A stretch of 64,000 nucleotides of DNA from a bacterium (GTDB lineage: Bacteria; Electryoneota; JAOADG01): NCBI GenBank assembly GCA_963681965.1, contig OY820579.1:2208001-2272000 (forward strand), written 5' to 3'. The notes under the pieces were generated by a model, which worked only from the letters and a program-made list of their open reading frames with translations, was not told where the DNA came from and did no database searches. Position numbers and translations under genes: made by a program. Position 1 is the first letter of the stretch. The number at the start of each line of letters is the position of its first letter. This document shows, piece after piece, positions 10,160-21,017 of this stretch.

Positions 10160-12466
10160 GTGACTTCAATGTCCGATCGTAGCGAACATACTGAATTGGT
10201 GGCATCGACCGAAATACCGGAAACCGCACTGATCATCGGTTCCACGGTACCCTCGCCGATGTACCTAAGTTCGGACGAGCTGGAACCGAAGACCGAGTAT
10301 ACATTGGAATCGTTTCAGGATGATTTCAAAGTACTATTGAAGAAACTTGGTGAACACCACAAACATCTTGATGAAACCGCACTCTGGCATGCTTTCGATT
10401 TCGCTTATCAACAGCATCTCACGCAAAAACGCAAAGACGGCAGTCCCTATTTTACCCATTTGCTGGAAACTGCGAAGATCGTATCCGATTTGACCAGCGA
10501 TCCGATTTCAATTAAATCTGCTCTGCTCCACGATGTCGTCGAGGATCCCAAAGTCCCGATCGAAATTGTCCGCGAGAAATTCGGAAAGCAAGTTGCGGTA
10601 ATTGTCGATGGTGTTACCAAAATCAGCGAGATTAGTTTCGGCAATCTGGAAGAGAAGCAAGCCGCCAACCTTCGCAAGATGATCCTCGCAATGGCGCAGG
10701 ATCCGCGCGTTATCTTGGTGAAGTTGTCCGACCGATTGCACAACATGTTGACGATCGAGTGGCTGGAGGAAAAACGCCGGCGTGAAATTGCTCGCGAAAC
10801 TCTCGATATCTATGCACCGCTCGCGCACCGGTTGGGTATCTATTGGATTAAATGGCGACTGGAAGATTTGTGTCTAAAAGTGCTCGATCGCGATGCCTAC
10901 AACGAAATTAAAAATCAAGTGGCATCCAAACGCGATCAGCGCGAAGAGTTGTTGACGACCGCAATCGATAAAATCACTGAGAAACTGCACGAACATCATA
11001 TTCATTCCGATGTACAGGGTCGTGCCAAACACTTCTATTCGATCTACAAAAAAATGCGGAGTCAGGGTCGTAGTTTCGACGATATTCTCGATCTGTTGGC
11101 AATCCGCATCGTGGTTTCGTCGAATGACGAATGTTATGCCGCATTGGGACACGTCCACGCGTTGTATACTCCGCTACCCGATTATTTCAGCGACTATATC
11201 GCCGGACCGAAATCGAACGGCTATCGAAGTATTCACACGAAAGTCATCGGACCACGCGGACACACTTTGGAAATTCAGATCCGCACCCGCGAGATGCACG
11301 AACAAGCCGAACTTGGTTTGGCTGCTCACTGGCGCTACAAGGAGAGTGGCGGGTGGGACGAAATCGACAGCGAATTGTCGAAGTGGATGAGAAACCTGAT
11401 CGATGCGCAAAAAGAGAATCCGGAGTATGAGGATTTTCTACAGGTACTTAAGAGCGACCTCACCCCGAAAGATATTTATGTGATCTCTCCGCGGGGCGAT
11501 GTTTATCGCTTACCGAAAGGTTCCACCGCGACTGATTTTGCTTTCATGATTCACAGCGATGTCGGATTGCATTCGATTGCCGCGAAAGTAAATGGTCGCA
11601 TCGTTCCGTTGCTGTCGCCGTTACCGAACGGTTGCACAGTCGAGATTATTACTTCGGCGAAAGGACATCCCGCTGCCGAATGGCTGACCAAAGTCAAGAG
11701 CGCGAAAGCGCGGAACCATATCAAGCGCTATTTTCAGGACGTCCGCTTCGAAGAGAGTCAGAAACTGGGACAGGAAATCTGCCTGCGGGAAATTGAACGG
11801 ATGCAGTTGAAAATTTCCGAAGAGCAGTGGCTGACTGTTGCGCACCAGATGGGGTTCATGGATCTTCCCAGCTTTTATTCCGCAGTCGGTAGCGGTCAAT
11901 TAAAGATGTCGAATATTCTCCGCAAATTGGCGCCATCGCAACCGACTCCGCCGAATTGGTTGGTCAAAATTATCCGACGCACCAAGACCCCGAAGAGCCA
12001 GGAACCAGCCGTCCGCGTGACTGGATTCGATAATCTGATGGTGACGTTGGCTCCGTGTTGTACGCCGCTTCCCGGCGATCGTATCCGCGGGTTTCTGACA
12101 CCCGGCAAAGGAGTGGTGGTACACCGGATTCACTGCAAGAATTTACGCGATCAGACCAAAGATCCCGACCAATATGTCGATGTCGCGTGGGATGTCGATC
12201 CCGAAGCGCTATTCTCGGTCAAACTCCATTTCATCGTCAACGACCGCAAAGGAATGCTCCACGACATTTCGGGGCGTATCGCGCAATTCGAAGTCAATAT
12301 TGTCAGCCTCTCGATTCAAATGCAGGATGGAATGGGTGTCGGCAAAATTGAATTATCGGTAAAAAGTCTCTCGCAACTCTCGCAATTGATCGGAAAGATT
12401 ACCTCGATTCCCGGAGTCGTTCGTGTACGCCGTCTCGACGAAAATGACGATGGAATACCAAACTAA
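10160..12466 (+). CDS. rel: Long bifunctional (p)ppGpp synthetase/hydrolase (HD, SYN, TGS, ACT)
   Basis: ALLHDVVED, DRLHNM, APLAHRLG, KSNGYRSIH, EIQIRT, AAHWRYKE, TGS and ACT domains. Confidence 0.95.
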   Translation: MTSMSDRSEHTELVASTEIPETALIIGSTVPSPMYLSSDELEPKTEYTLESFQDDFKVLLKKLGEHHKHLDETALWHAFDFAYQQHLTQKRKDGSPYFTHLLETAKIVSDLTSDPISIKSALLHDVVEDPKVPIEIVREKFGKQVAVIVDGVTKISEISFGNLEEKQAANLRKMILAMAQDPRVILVKLSDRLHNMLTIEWLEEKRRREIARETLDIYAPLAHRLGIYWIKWRLEDLCLKVLDRDAYNEIKNQVASKRDQREELLTTAIDKITEKLHEHHIHSDVQGRAKHFYSIYKKMRSQGRSFDDILDLLAIRIVVSSNDECYAALGHVHALYTPLPDYFSDYIAGPKSNGYRSIHTKVIGPRGHTLEIQIRTREMHEQAELGLAAHWRYKESGGWDEIDSELSKWMRNLIDAQKENPEYEDFLQVLKSDLTPKDIYVISPRGDVYRLPKGSTATDFAFMIHSDVGLHSIAAKVNGRIVPLLSPLPNGCTVEIITSAKGHPAAEWLTKVKSAKARNHIKRYFQDVRFEESQKLGQEICLREIERMQLKISEEQWLTVAHQMGFMDLPSFYSAVGSGQLKMSNILRKLAPSQPTPPNWLVKIIRRTKTPKSQEPAVRVTGFDNLMVTLAPCCTPLPGDRIRGFLTPGKGVVVHRIHCKNLRDQTKDPDQYVDVAWDVDPEALFSVKLHFIVNDRKGMLHDISGRIAQFEVNIVSLSIQMQDGMGVGKIELSVKSLSQLSQLIGKITSIPGVVRVRRLDENDDGIPN

Positions 12467-12890
12467 TCTCCACATCATGGCGGTCGATCCCGGAACCAAA
12501 CGCTGGGGAGTTGCAGTGGGCGACACTGCGATTGGCACCGCACGTCCATTTCTTACCATCGAGCGGGATTTCGACAGTGCAATCCTCGAAATTGTGAAGT
12601 TGTATAAGAAAGAGCGCGCCGACTATCTGGTACTCGGTCGTCCGGTCCACATGGATGGCTCTTCCGATGATATGACCTTCTACGCAGATCGTGCCTTTGC
12701 CGCGCTGCAAGCCGCTGGGGTGAAAGTGATTGCCTACGATGAACGCTTGACCAGTTTTGCTGCCGAAGAAATTATGAAGCGTGCCGGCATAAAATACACG
12801 CGCGATAAAGCGCTGGTTGATCGTGTCGCCGCCGCAGTCATCTTGGAATCGGCATTCAACGATAAAATATTCGACCAATATCTGCCGTGA
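12450..12890 (+). CDS. ruvX: YqgF/RuvX pre-16S rRNA nuclease
   Basis: AVDPGTKRWGVAVGD, LGRP, DERLTS, VDRVAAAVILE; start could be 12450 or 12477. Confidence 0.9.
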   Translation: MEYQTNLHIMAVDPGTKRWGVAVGDTAIGTARPFLTIERDFDSAILEIVKLYKKERADYLVLGRPVHMDGSSDDMTFYADRAFAALQAAGVKVIAYDERLTSFAAEEIMKRAGIKYTRDKALVDRVAAAVILESAFNDKIFDQYLP

Positions 12891-14449
12891 AAAAATCAAC
12901 TCCATCCCCAACGCCAAAGACACCGTTTTCGCATCGCGTAAAGCGCATAGGAATATTACTGGCAGGTGGAATTGCCAGCGGTTTGTTGCTGACAGTAACC
13001 GTACCGCCGATTTCGCTCTCGCTACTCAGTTATTTCGCTTTGCTGCCGCTGTTCTACCTATTGCTTAACGACCGCCGCAACTGGTGGTGGGGTGGATGGG
13101 TCTTTGAAATGACCTATCACCTCAGTTCGATTCATTGGGTATCGGCGAATAGCGGTACTGCTCCGAATCTTGCATTCGATTCCTATCTCGCGATGTGTCT
13201 CTTTCTCGGTACGCGCGCTAGCATTCCATTTTTACTAGCAGGATGGGTTGCCAAACGCCGCTCGACAATGCAGGGTTTGATCTTCCTCGCGCTGCTCTGG
13301 AGTGGCTACGAGTGGCTCTGTTCGTTGGGTGAATTAGGGTATCCATGGTCGATCAACGCATTGTCGCTGTTGAATTGGAATCCCGCACTGCACTTGGTTC
13401 CGATCGGTGGCGTATGGCTTGTCGGAAGTATAATGCTGGCTGCGAATTTGCTGTTTTTGTTTGCGTACAAGCATCGAAATTGGCGCTATGCTGTCGCAGC
13501 GCTTGTTTTAATTATAGCTCCGATATTCATTCCCATTCCCCGGATGGGATCCACCAAGACCTTTCGCATTGGCGTTGTTCAACCGAATATCGATCCGGTG
13601 GGAAAATGGGCAGATGACCCGATTTACACTGTCGATCGCGTGGTCGAATTGTCGAAACAGATTCTTCCGCAGAAACCCGATCTGATTGTCTTTCCGGAAA
13701 CCGCTATTCCGTTCTATCTCCAAGCGCGTTTGGGTTATCGTCAGCGGGTGCAAAGTCTGATCGATTCGCTCGGTGTTCCCGTTGTCAGCGGCGCTCAGCA
13801 TTACGAGCGGACGAACGATACGGCGCGAACCTACAACGCAGTCTTCGTGCTTCGAACCACTTCCGCTGGAGGAATCGATCCTGAGTTTTATGCGAAACGC
13901 TGGTTGGTTCCGCTCGGAGAGCGTATCCCCTTTCAGTGGTTATTCCCCTCGCTGCATGGCATCGATCTAGGACAAGCCGAATTCACGCCGGGACCGCGCG
14001 AAACTCCCTTGGCAGTTCCGACCCAACATGGCGAATTGCGCATCGGAACGCCAGTCTGTTACGAATCGATTTTTCCCCAAATGGCGCGGATGTTTGCCAG
14101 GAATCGAATGCATCTGCTGGCGAACTTGACCAACGATGGTTGGTATGAACACACCTGGGAGAAACCGCAACATGCCGAATTATTCCGCTTGCGCGCGCTC
14201 GAGACCGGGGTACCGTTGATCCGCTGTGCCAATACCGGCATCAGCGGTTGGATCGATGATCGCGGCGATTGGCAGGCACAAATGCCGGAACGCGAAGCGA
14301 TGGCTGCGGTCTACGAAATCAAAGTACCGGAACAGGTGTCGAGCCGAATCGGAAGTACCCCGTGGTGGGCTATAATATGCCTAATTGGATCGATAGTGAT
14401 CGGTTTTATGCCATTCCACCGTTTCGGTTTAAACCGCGAAAAAGCGTGA
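12887..14449 (+). CDS. lnt: Apolipoprotein N-acyltransferase
   Basis: Multi-TM N-half, VQPNI, FPET, KRWLVPLGE, VCYESIF, TNDGWY, RCANTGIS. Confidence 0.95.
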   Translation: MKKSTPSPTPKTPFSHRVKRIGILLAGGIASGLLLTVTVPPISLSLLSYFALLPLFYLLLNDRRNWWWGGWVFEMTYHLSSIHWVSANSGTAPNLAFDSYLAMCLFLGTRASIPFLLAGWVAKRRSTMQGLIFLALLWSGYEWLCSLGELGYPWSINALSLLNWNPALHLVPIGGVWLVGSIMLAANLLFLFAYKHRNWRYAVAALVLIIAPIFIPIPRMGSTKTFRIGVVQPNIDPVGKWADDPIYTVDRVVELSKQILPQKPDLIVFPETAIPFYLQARLGYRQRVQSLIDSLGVPVVSGAQHYERTNDTARTYNAVFVLRTTSAGGIDPEFYAKRWLVPLGERIPFQWLFPSLHGIDLGQAEFTPGPRETPLAVPTQHGELRIGTPVCYESIFPQMARMFARNRMHLLANLTNDGWYEHTWEKPQHAELFRLRALETGVPLIRCANTGISGWIDDRGDWQAQMPEREAMAAVYEIKVPEQVSSRIGSTPWWAIICLIGSIVIGFMPFHRFGLNREKA

Positions 14450-14536
14450 TAAGGGTTCCCAATTTGTAGCATATTGGCAGTGTGATGGAATGGATCCGAT
14501 TGGGATCGCGGACAGGATGCGTTACATTAGTTCGAT

Positions 14537-14719
14537 ATGTCAACCACTGCGACAGTTTTGGACAGTACCCGCGCACTCGTCGATACGCTTCGATCTGCGG
14601 ATACACTGGCTCCGGCTGATTCACTGGCGCGTGGCGGAACTTCTACCCCGTGGTTAGGCGTTCTGATAGCAGTTGCGATAGGAGTAACACTTGGTCTTAT
14701 CTATGGTATTCGGAAATAA
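14537..14719 (+). CDS. Putative 60-aa single-pass membrane protein
   Basis: Fills the lnt-bamD gap; C-terminal hydrophobic helix followed by RK; four D-S/T motifs. Confidence 0.5.
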   Translation: MSTTATVLDSTRALVDTLRSADTLAPADSLARGGTSTPWLGVLIAVAIGVTLGLIYGIRK

Positions 14720-15503
14720 CGGTCGTCGCGCAGTAACTACCGTGTTATTGGCGACTACGCTTACGATTTTGGGAATCGGTTGCGGTGGAAAAGCCAATCT
14801 GGATATTGCCAATCCGGAAAAGCGTTTCCACGAAATCAAAAACTTATATGATCGAAAGAAATTCGATAAAGCAATCGAAGAGATCGAGATTTTTCAGGTC
14901 GCATTTTCCGGTACCGCTAAAGTCGATTCTGCGCAATTACTGCTGGCTGAAGCTCATTTCCAATTGAAAGAGTATTTATTAGCACAGTCGGAATACGAGC
15001 GCCTTGCCGATCAATTTTCTTCGTCGCCCCTCGTGGAGGAAGCGCGATATAAATCCGCATTAAGTTGGGAAAAGCTTTCACCAAAACGAACCTTGGACCA
15101 GAAGTACACTCATAATGCACTCGACGAGTATCAGGCGTTCTTGGAGGAGTATCCAAAATCACAGTATGCCAAGGCTGCCGAAGAGGGACATGCGAATTGC
15201 CGGGAGCGATTAGCACTAAAAGATCTCGACGCTGCTAATTTGTATATCAAGATGCAGAAGTACGATGCTGCCATCCTCTATTTTGATCAAATAGTTGATT
15301 CTTATTACTCTACGTCAGCCGAACCGTTGGCGCATCTCGGTAAGGGAATTGCCCTTACGAAGCTGGAAGATTATTCCGGAGCGAAAGCCGCGTTTAAATT
15401 GGTGTTAACGAAATTCCCCGGGTCCAACGCTGCAATCGAAGCCGGTAAACAATTGCGAGAAGTGGAGATACGTGAAAATCGGAATTCTGGGCGGAACTTT
15501 TGA
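14703..15503 (+). CDS. bamD: Outer-membrane assembly lipoprotein BamD
   Basis: Lipobox LGIGC, TPR repeats, DQKYT..A...Q.FLEEYPKS, LALKDL.AA.LY. Confidence 0.88.
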   Translation: MVFGNNGRRAVTTVLLATTLTILGIGCGGKANLDIANPEKRFHEIKNLYDRKKFDKAIEEIEIFQVAFSGTAKVDSAQLLLAEAHFQLKEYLLAQSEYERLADQFSSSPLVEEARYKSALSWEKLSPKRTLDQKYTHNALDEYQAFLEEYPKSQYAKAAEEGHANCRERLALKDLDAANLYIKMQKYDAAILYFDQIVDSYYSTSAEPLAHLGKGIALTKLEDYSGAKAAFKLVLTKFPGSNAAIEAGKQLREVEIRENRNSGRNF

Positions 15504-16062
15504 TCCTCCACACATCGCTCATCTTCAAGCTGCGCAGGTAGCGCTAGACACGCTTGAGTTGGATTGCATCCGCTTTCTTCCCACCGGACAACCTCCTCAC
15601 AAAGACTTGTCGGTTCAATCCCCGGCAAACATTCGCTTGGAAATGGTTCAAGCAGCGATTTCTGATCACCTGAAATTCGAAATATCTACTTATGAATTTG
15701 AAACTTCAGGTCCACATTATACCGTCGATACCCTGTCTTATTTCCGATCCCACACCCCTTCTGAACAGATCACTTTTATCGTTGGTTCCGATTCAGTGGC
15801 TCAATTTAATTCCTGGCGAGATCCCGATCGATTATTCGATTTAGCGCAAATCGCCATCTTCGAACGTCCCGGCTATCCTATTGAAAAATTAGAACAAAAG
15901 TACTTAGACCGAGCAGTGATTCTACCGGTAATCCCATTAAATATCTCCTCATCGGAAATTCGGAACCGTGTCGCCAAAGGGTTATCGATCAAATGGCTGG
16001 TTCCGGATACCGTAGAGTGTCTCATTTCTCGACATAGTCTCTATCAATCCATTGGGGTGTGA
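15472..16062 (+). CDS. nadD: Nicotinate-nucleotide adenylyltransferase
   Basis: GILGGTFDPPHIAHL, PPHK, YTVDTL, FIVGSD, ISSSEIR. Confidence 0.96.
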   Translation: MKIGILGGTFDPPHIAHLQAAQVALDTLELDCIRFLPTGQPPHKDLSVQSPANIRLEMVQAAISDHLKFEISTYEFETSGPHYTVDTLSYFRSHTPSEQITFIVGSDSVAQFNSWRDPDRLFDLAQIAIFERPGYPIEKLEQKYLDRAVILPVIPLNISSSEIRNRVAKGLSIKWLVPDTVECLISRHSLYQSIGV

Positions 16063-16245
16063 TCGACACACTCTCAAAAAATAAACTCCCACTTTTATTA
16101 CCCGATTATTGATTGTCTTACAGGGTGTACTATTTTGTTTTCAACGCCGTACGGATTATATTCATTCAAAGTTGGTTAAGAGACTTTCAATCAAATGCTT
16201 CAATGCAACGTTGGGGCGGTTTCTTTCGTCGTTAAAGGAGGCACA

Positions 16246-18381
16246 ATGAAACGCTGTTTATTGATGATGGTTTTTCTGTTGACTACGTCGTACGCCTTAG
16301 CGGCTTCTTTTCCCGCGATGCAGGCGCATCGTACGCATCCGTCACACCCGATTATCAACTCGGTCGATACGGCTCAACCCGATTCATTGGTTTATGACAA
16401 TGGCAACGGTGAATCGTTAAATACTGCACCGAATTACTTTTCTGGTGTCCATTTTACCGCAGTAGCCGAATTTCGGCTTCGTACTGCCTATTTCCAGGTT
16501 TACAATCCTACTACATCTACTGCCGCTTGTTCAGTAGCAGTTTTTTCCGATACGGTTGTTTCGACTACCGCTGGAAACCGTCACCGCTGGAATCGACTTC
16601 TGTCGACCCGCTGGACGCGAGCTACGCCACCGTTAGCCGATGCCGAATGGGTTGATCTCGATCTCGCAGATTCAATTCTCTTCCCGACCGGTTCCGAATT
16701 CTGGATTGTCATTGGTAACTTCGTCGCTGGCGCAAATTATCCGACTGCGGCAAACCTCTGGAATTGCATGGATGGTAACGGCGCAACCGATTACCGTTCA
16801 GTGATCAAGTTAGGTAGCCCGTTGTCTGGTTGGACGACCACCAACTGGGGCTGCATTTCTGGCGACTTGTTAATTCGCGCTGGTGGTGCATATGCCGGTA
16901 ACATTATCGACGCTCGCGTGGATAGTATTTGGGCTGCCAATTCCGCTGGTGATCATCGCTTCTTCTGGCCGACCGGTACGCCAGTTCGCTATTCCGCGGT
17001 CATTAAGAACGTCGGTTCCAATGCCATGATGGGTCACTCGATTGAATTCTCCGTAATCGACACGACCGAACAAGCACCATTGGATACAATTTTCCACCAG
17101 ACAATTACTGGTCTCCCGCAGTTGGCTCGTAATGCGACTTACACTGCTACGTCGAATTACGATACACTGCCGACGAATGCGAAGAATTTAATCGTCACCG
17201 CCAAAGTCAATCTTGGCGATGACAACAATATGGCGAATAACACCCGGTACCTTGAGCAGAATACGAACAATCTCAATACCTGGTATTCTTACGATAACGC
17301 AACATCGCAAAGCACGATGAACTACGGTGGCGGTCAGTTGATCGGCGCGTTCTTTATTCCGTCTCGTTATCCTTGCCGTCTTGACACCGTTGCAATCGGT
17401 CTTAGCAATAACTTACTCAATCGTACCGACTCGTTGTACATTGTTGTTACTCCAAGTTTGGGTACTGCTCCGTCGATGTCGAACGCGCGCATTGTCGAAT
17501 TCGATGTACCTGATACTGCTGACGGATATTTTAAAGTTCCGATGGACACCGTCATTAATATCTTCTCCGGTGGCGTTTATGTTGGCTGGTTGACTGCTGC
17601 AAATCAAGGTTTGATGCAGAATACGACCCAACCGGTTGGTGGCACCAATTTATCGATGCCGGCTGCCTATATGCAGTGGCTCAGTGGCACCATCACCGCG
17701 ATCGAATCCGGCGACTGGCTATTCAGTGCATACTTCTCACCGACCAATGCATTGCCGCCATACCCGATTCTCCGTACGAATCCGCTGCCCGGCGCAACCA
17801 TTCCGTTCGACACGACCAGCATTGGCTTCACCAGCAGCAAACCGTTCTGGGTATACAATGATGGTGGCGACTCCTTGACCGTTACCCGGTTGTCGATTGC
17901 TACCGCGTACCGCGCTCAGTTCGCATTCAGCCGCACGTTCCCATTCCGAGTAGCACCGCGAGACAGCGCGTTGATCAATATTACTTGGACTCCGCCAGCG
18001 ACGCAGACTTCGCTCAGCGCTTCGTTGACGTTGCAAACCAATACCGATCCACCGTCGATCCGTTACACGGTCACTGCTACCAGCACCGTTTCCGCACCGG
18101 AAGAGACGACTATTCCGCATGAATTTGCCCTGAAAGCGAATTATCCGAATCCGTTCAACCCGAGCACCTCGATCCGATTTGCCGTACCGAAGTTATCCAA
18201 CGTCAAGATTACCGTTCTCGACGTATTGGGTCGCGAAGTTGCGCAACTCGTCAACGAAAAATATGCTCCGGGCAACTACTCGGTGAATTTCAATGGCGAA
18301 GGTCTTGCCACTGGCGTCTACTTCTACAAGATGGAAGCAGGCGAGTTTAGCAGCGTACAAAAGATGATGCTGTTGAAGTAA
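16246..18381 (+). CDS. Secreted multi-domain beta-sandwich protein with T9SS type-A-like C-terminal sorting domain
   Basis: AAGGAGG RBS, signal peptide, C-terminal [10 protein letters not shown]...LGREV...GVYFYKM...KMMLLK. Confidence 0.85.
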   Translation: MKRCLLMMVFLLTTSYALAASFPAMQAHRTHPSHPIINSVDTAQPDSLVYDNGNGESLNTAPNYFSGVHFTAVAEFRLRTAYFQVYNPTTSTAACSVAVFSDTVVSTTAGNRHRWNRLLSTRWTRATPPLADAEWVDLDLADSILFPTGSEFWIVIGNFVAGANYPTAANLWNCMDGNGATDYRSVIKLGSPLSGWTTTNWGCISGDLLIRAGGAYAGNIIDARVDSIWAANSAGDHRFFWPTGTPVRYSAVIKNVGSNAMMGHSIEFSVIDTTEQAPLDTIFHQTITGLPQLARNATYTATSNYDTLPTNAKNLIVTAKVNLGDDNNMANNTRYLEQNTNNLNTWYSYDNATSQSTMNYGGGQLIGAFFIPSRYPCRLDTVAIGLSNNLLNRTDSLYIVVTPSLGTAPSMSNARIVEFDVPDTADGYFKVPMDTVINIFSGGVYVGWLTAANQGLMQNTTQPVGGTNLSMPAAYMQWLSGTITAIESGDWLFSAYFSPTNALPPYPILRTNPLPGATIPFDTTSIGFTSSKPFWVYNDGGDSLTVTRLSIATAYRAQFAFSRTFPFRVAPRDSALINITWTPPATQTSLSASLTLQTNTDPPSIRYTVTATSTVSAPEETTIPHEFALKANYPNPFNPSTSIRFAVPKLSNVKITVLDVLGREVAQLVNEKYAPGNYSVNFNGEGLATGVYFYKMEAGEFSSVQKMMLLK

Positions 18382-18401
18382 TCATTTTGGCGTTATAGGA
18401 T

Positions 18402-18437
18402 ACGGGTCGGTTCCAAATGAACCGACCCGTTTCATTT
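18402..18437 (+). terminator. Rho-independent terminator
   Basis: acgggtcggttc/gaaccgacccgt 12-bp stem followed by a T-rich tail. Confidence 0.7.
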
Positions 18438-18451
18438 GATATGGAACTGCA

Positions 18452-20968
18452 ATGAAAAAAATTCTCAGTCTAATATTCTTGCTTTCGATCGTACTCGAAT
18501 CCGCAGCCGGCGATTTCCGATTGTTGAATGGAATGACCGGAACGTGGCAATCTGCGCCCGGTACCGGAATGGTCGGTGTTGTGGCATTGGTCGGTGCCGG
18601 TGTACGCAACGAAACGCCTGCAACGAATGGTCTATCGCATTATCTCGAACACATGTTGTTCAATGGGACCAGATCGCTTTCGCAGGAACAATTGTATGCC
18701 GCTTTCGATCGATTTGGAATCTATTCCAATGCCCAGACCGGAAAGAATTATATCGCGTTCATGATGGTCGGACGCTCGACCGATATCGATACAATTCTCG
18801 GTTTGTTGCGCGAACAATTGTTCTATTCCTCGCTACCGGAAGACAAATTCGCGAAGGAAAAGGGAATCGTTTTGCAAGAGATGTCGAAAGACGAATTGGA
18901 CGAGAATTATCGCTTTACCACACTATTCGACCTTTGGGATAAAGCCGAAACTCCCTATGCGTTACCGACGTTGGGTTCATCCATTTCGATCGAATCAATC
19001 CGTCGCGAGCAAGTGATCGAGTATTACAAAACCTGGTTCCATCCCAACAATGTCCGATTGATGGTTGCCGGCGATATCGAATACAACGATCTGGTAAAAT
19101 CGGTACGTAAGGAATTGGAGACGGTTGTCGCCGGCGACATGCCGAAACAAACAAAATGGAATCGTCTACCCATCGACCGCGACCAATTGGAAACCGTTCC
19201 CACCTCCGGACCGAGTAATCGATTCAAAGCCAGTATCGGTTTGCCATCATTGGATTCGACCGCGTTTCAGGCAGCGCTGGAATTGGCTACCAATCTTTTT
19301 GAAGCCGATCGGTATCTTGAGAATACCGGTTACTCCGATGTCTCGATTTCGATCTTTCGCGATCGCGATTTTACGCAATTGGAAATTGCCGGAAGCTGCG
19401 ATCAAACCGTCTCGATCGAGGGTTTGCGGTCGGCATTGAAAACTGCCGTAGGACAATGGCGAAAGAATGATCTTACCGCTACGGCATTGCGCAGCGAGCG
19501 AATGCAAGCGCGAATCGAAGCGGACAAATCCGGCGAACGCTTGCAATATTGGGGTCTGCTGCGTGCCCCGAAAGCCGCAGTGGCACCGGATCGAGTATGG
19601 GAAGAGATCGCGGCGAAGAAATCAGCACTCACAGTTCGCGAAGTCGGAAATGTACTGGAACAAGTCCTTTCGAAACCATATCGATTATTCGCCGAAGCAC
19701 CCATGTCGCACAACCTGGAAGGACGAATCGATTCGATTCGGATTGTCGATCGATCATTGGAAAATGGTGTTCGCATCGTTTCGCGACAAAGTTCCGGTTC
19801 GAAATTGGTCGGTGGTCATATTGCTTTCGCGAATCGGTCGTTACGCGAACCCGATAGTTTGCATGGCATTGCCGAATTGGCGCACCGTATGTTAAGCGAC
19901 GGTCCAGCGACTTTAACGTCGAATCAATGGCGCGATACCCTCGCTGCGATCGGATTGGATTTAAAATTTGCCGACGATCCCAATATCCCCTACGATGACT
20001 ATTACACTTCATCCGCGTTTAGTTTCATCCGGTTCGATGTCCCGTCGGAAAATTTCGAATTGGCTATGAAGCTGATTTATCAGACGGTAACTCACCCTCG
20101 ATGGGATTCGACTTCATTTGCCAACCAGAAATCGGCAGCACAACAACGTGCCGGTCGCGAAGCCGGAACGCCTCGTCGATTGGCGCAAACCGAGTTGGAC
20201 AAGCAACTTTATCCCGATCAACCATCGGTTTCACCCTATGGCATCCCGAAACAGGTTGCTGCGATCGGAATTCCTGAATTGCAACAATTTGCCGCATCGT
20301 ATTGGGTCGGTAATGCGACGATACTTACGCTCGATGGACCCATTGCACCCGACTCGCTCAATCGTATCGCCGAATCGGTCTGGAAGCAACTACCGCCGGG
20401 TAAAAAAGTATCGAAACCCGTCCGGAAACAACAAGCATTGACCGGAAACATCAATGTGAAAGCGGGAAAATCGCAATCTCAAGTACTGATCGGGAGTATG
20501 CGACAAAATCCACCCTCCGGATTGTCCGATGCCGCTTCAATAGCCATCGACATTTTTTCGACCCGCTTGCAACAAGATCTCCGCGAAACCCGGGGGTGGG
20601 CATATTCCGTTGGTGCTGGTTTCCGCTCGCTTTCCGACGCTTGGCTGGTCACGATGTCGATCGGCACAAAAAAGAATTTATTGGATAGTGCCGCAACAGC
20701 GATGCAGGAGGATTATCGGAAATTTCTTGCCGGAACGGTAGACTCCTCAGAGGTTTTGAGGACGAAAAGCGCAATAGCAGGACGTTTGAGAATGCGCGAA
20801 GCAAGCCGACAATACCGCGCTTACGCTTTAGGAATGGCGGCATTGCAGGATGCCGATCCCCGGAAGGCACTGCCCGGATACAATTCGATCGATAATGTGA
20901 CAGTCGACGAAATTCGGCGAAGCATTTCCGAATTGCCGAGAGAATGTATTATCATAGAGGTTGAATAA
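18452..20968 (+). CDS. Exported M16-family zinc peptidase (insulinase-like, two halves)
   Basis: Signal peptide, GLSHYLEHMLFNGT (HxxEH), NAQT, LRETRGWAYSV. Confidence 0.88.
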   Translation: MKKILSLIFLLSIVLESAAGDFRLLNGMTGTWQSAPGTGMVGVVALVGAGVRNETPATNGLSHYLEHMLFNGTRSLSQEQLYAAFDRFGIYSNAQTGKNYIAFMMVGRSTDIDTILGLLREQLFYSSLPEDKFAKEKGIVLQEMSKDELDENYRFTTLFDLWDKAETPYALPTLGSSISIESIRREQVIEYYKTWFHPNNVRLMVAGDIEYNDLVKSVRKELETVVAGDMPKQTKWNRLPIDRDQLETVPTSGPSNRFKASIGLPSLDSTAFQAALELATNLFEADRYLENTGYSDVSISIFRDRDFTQLEIAGSCDQTVSIEGLRSALKTAVGQWRKNDLTATALRSERMQARIEADKSGERLQYWGLLRAPKAAVAPDRVWEEIAAKKSALTVREVGNVLEQVLSKPYRLFAEAPMSHNLEGRIDSIRIVDRSLENGVRIVSRQSSGSKLVGGHIAFANRSLREPDSLHGIAELAHRMLSDGPATLTSNQWRDTLAAIGLDLKFADDPNIPYDDYYTSSAFSFIRFDVPSENFELAMKLIYQTVTHPRWDSTSFANQKSAAQQRAGREAGTPRRLAQTELDKQLYPDQPSVSPYGIPKQVAAIGIPELQQFAASYWVGNATILTLDGPIAPDSLNRIAESVWKQLPPGKKVSKPVRKQQALTGNINVKAGKSQSQVLIGSMRQNPPSGLSDAASIAIDIFSTRLQQDLRETRGWAYSVGAGFRSLSDAWLVTMSIGTKKNLLDSAATAMQEDYRKFLAGTVDSSEVLRTKSAIAGRLRMREASRQYRAYALGMAALQDADPRKALPGYNSIDNVTVDEIRRSISELPRECIIIEVE

Positions 20969-21017
20969 ATTTTGACGGTTTACATTGATGATATAAAATT
21001 TGAACATTTGAGGGAAT

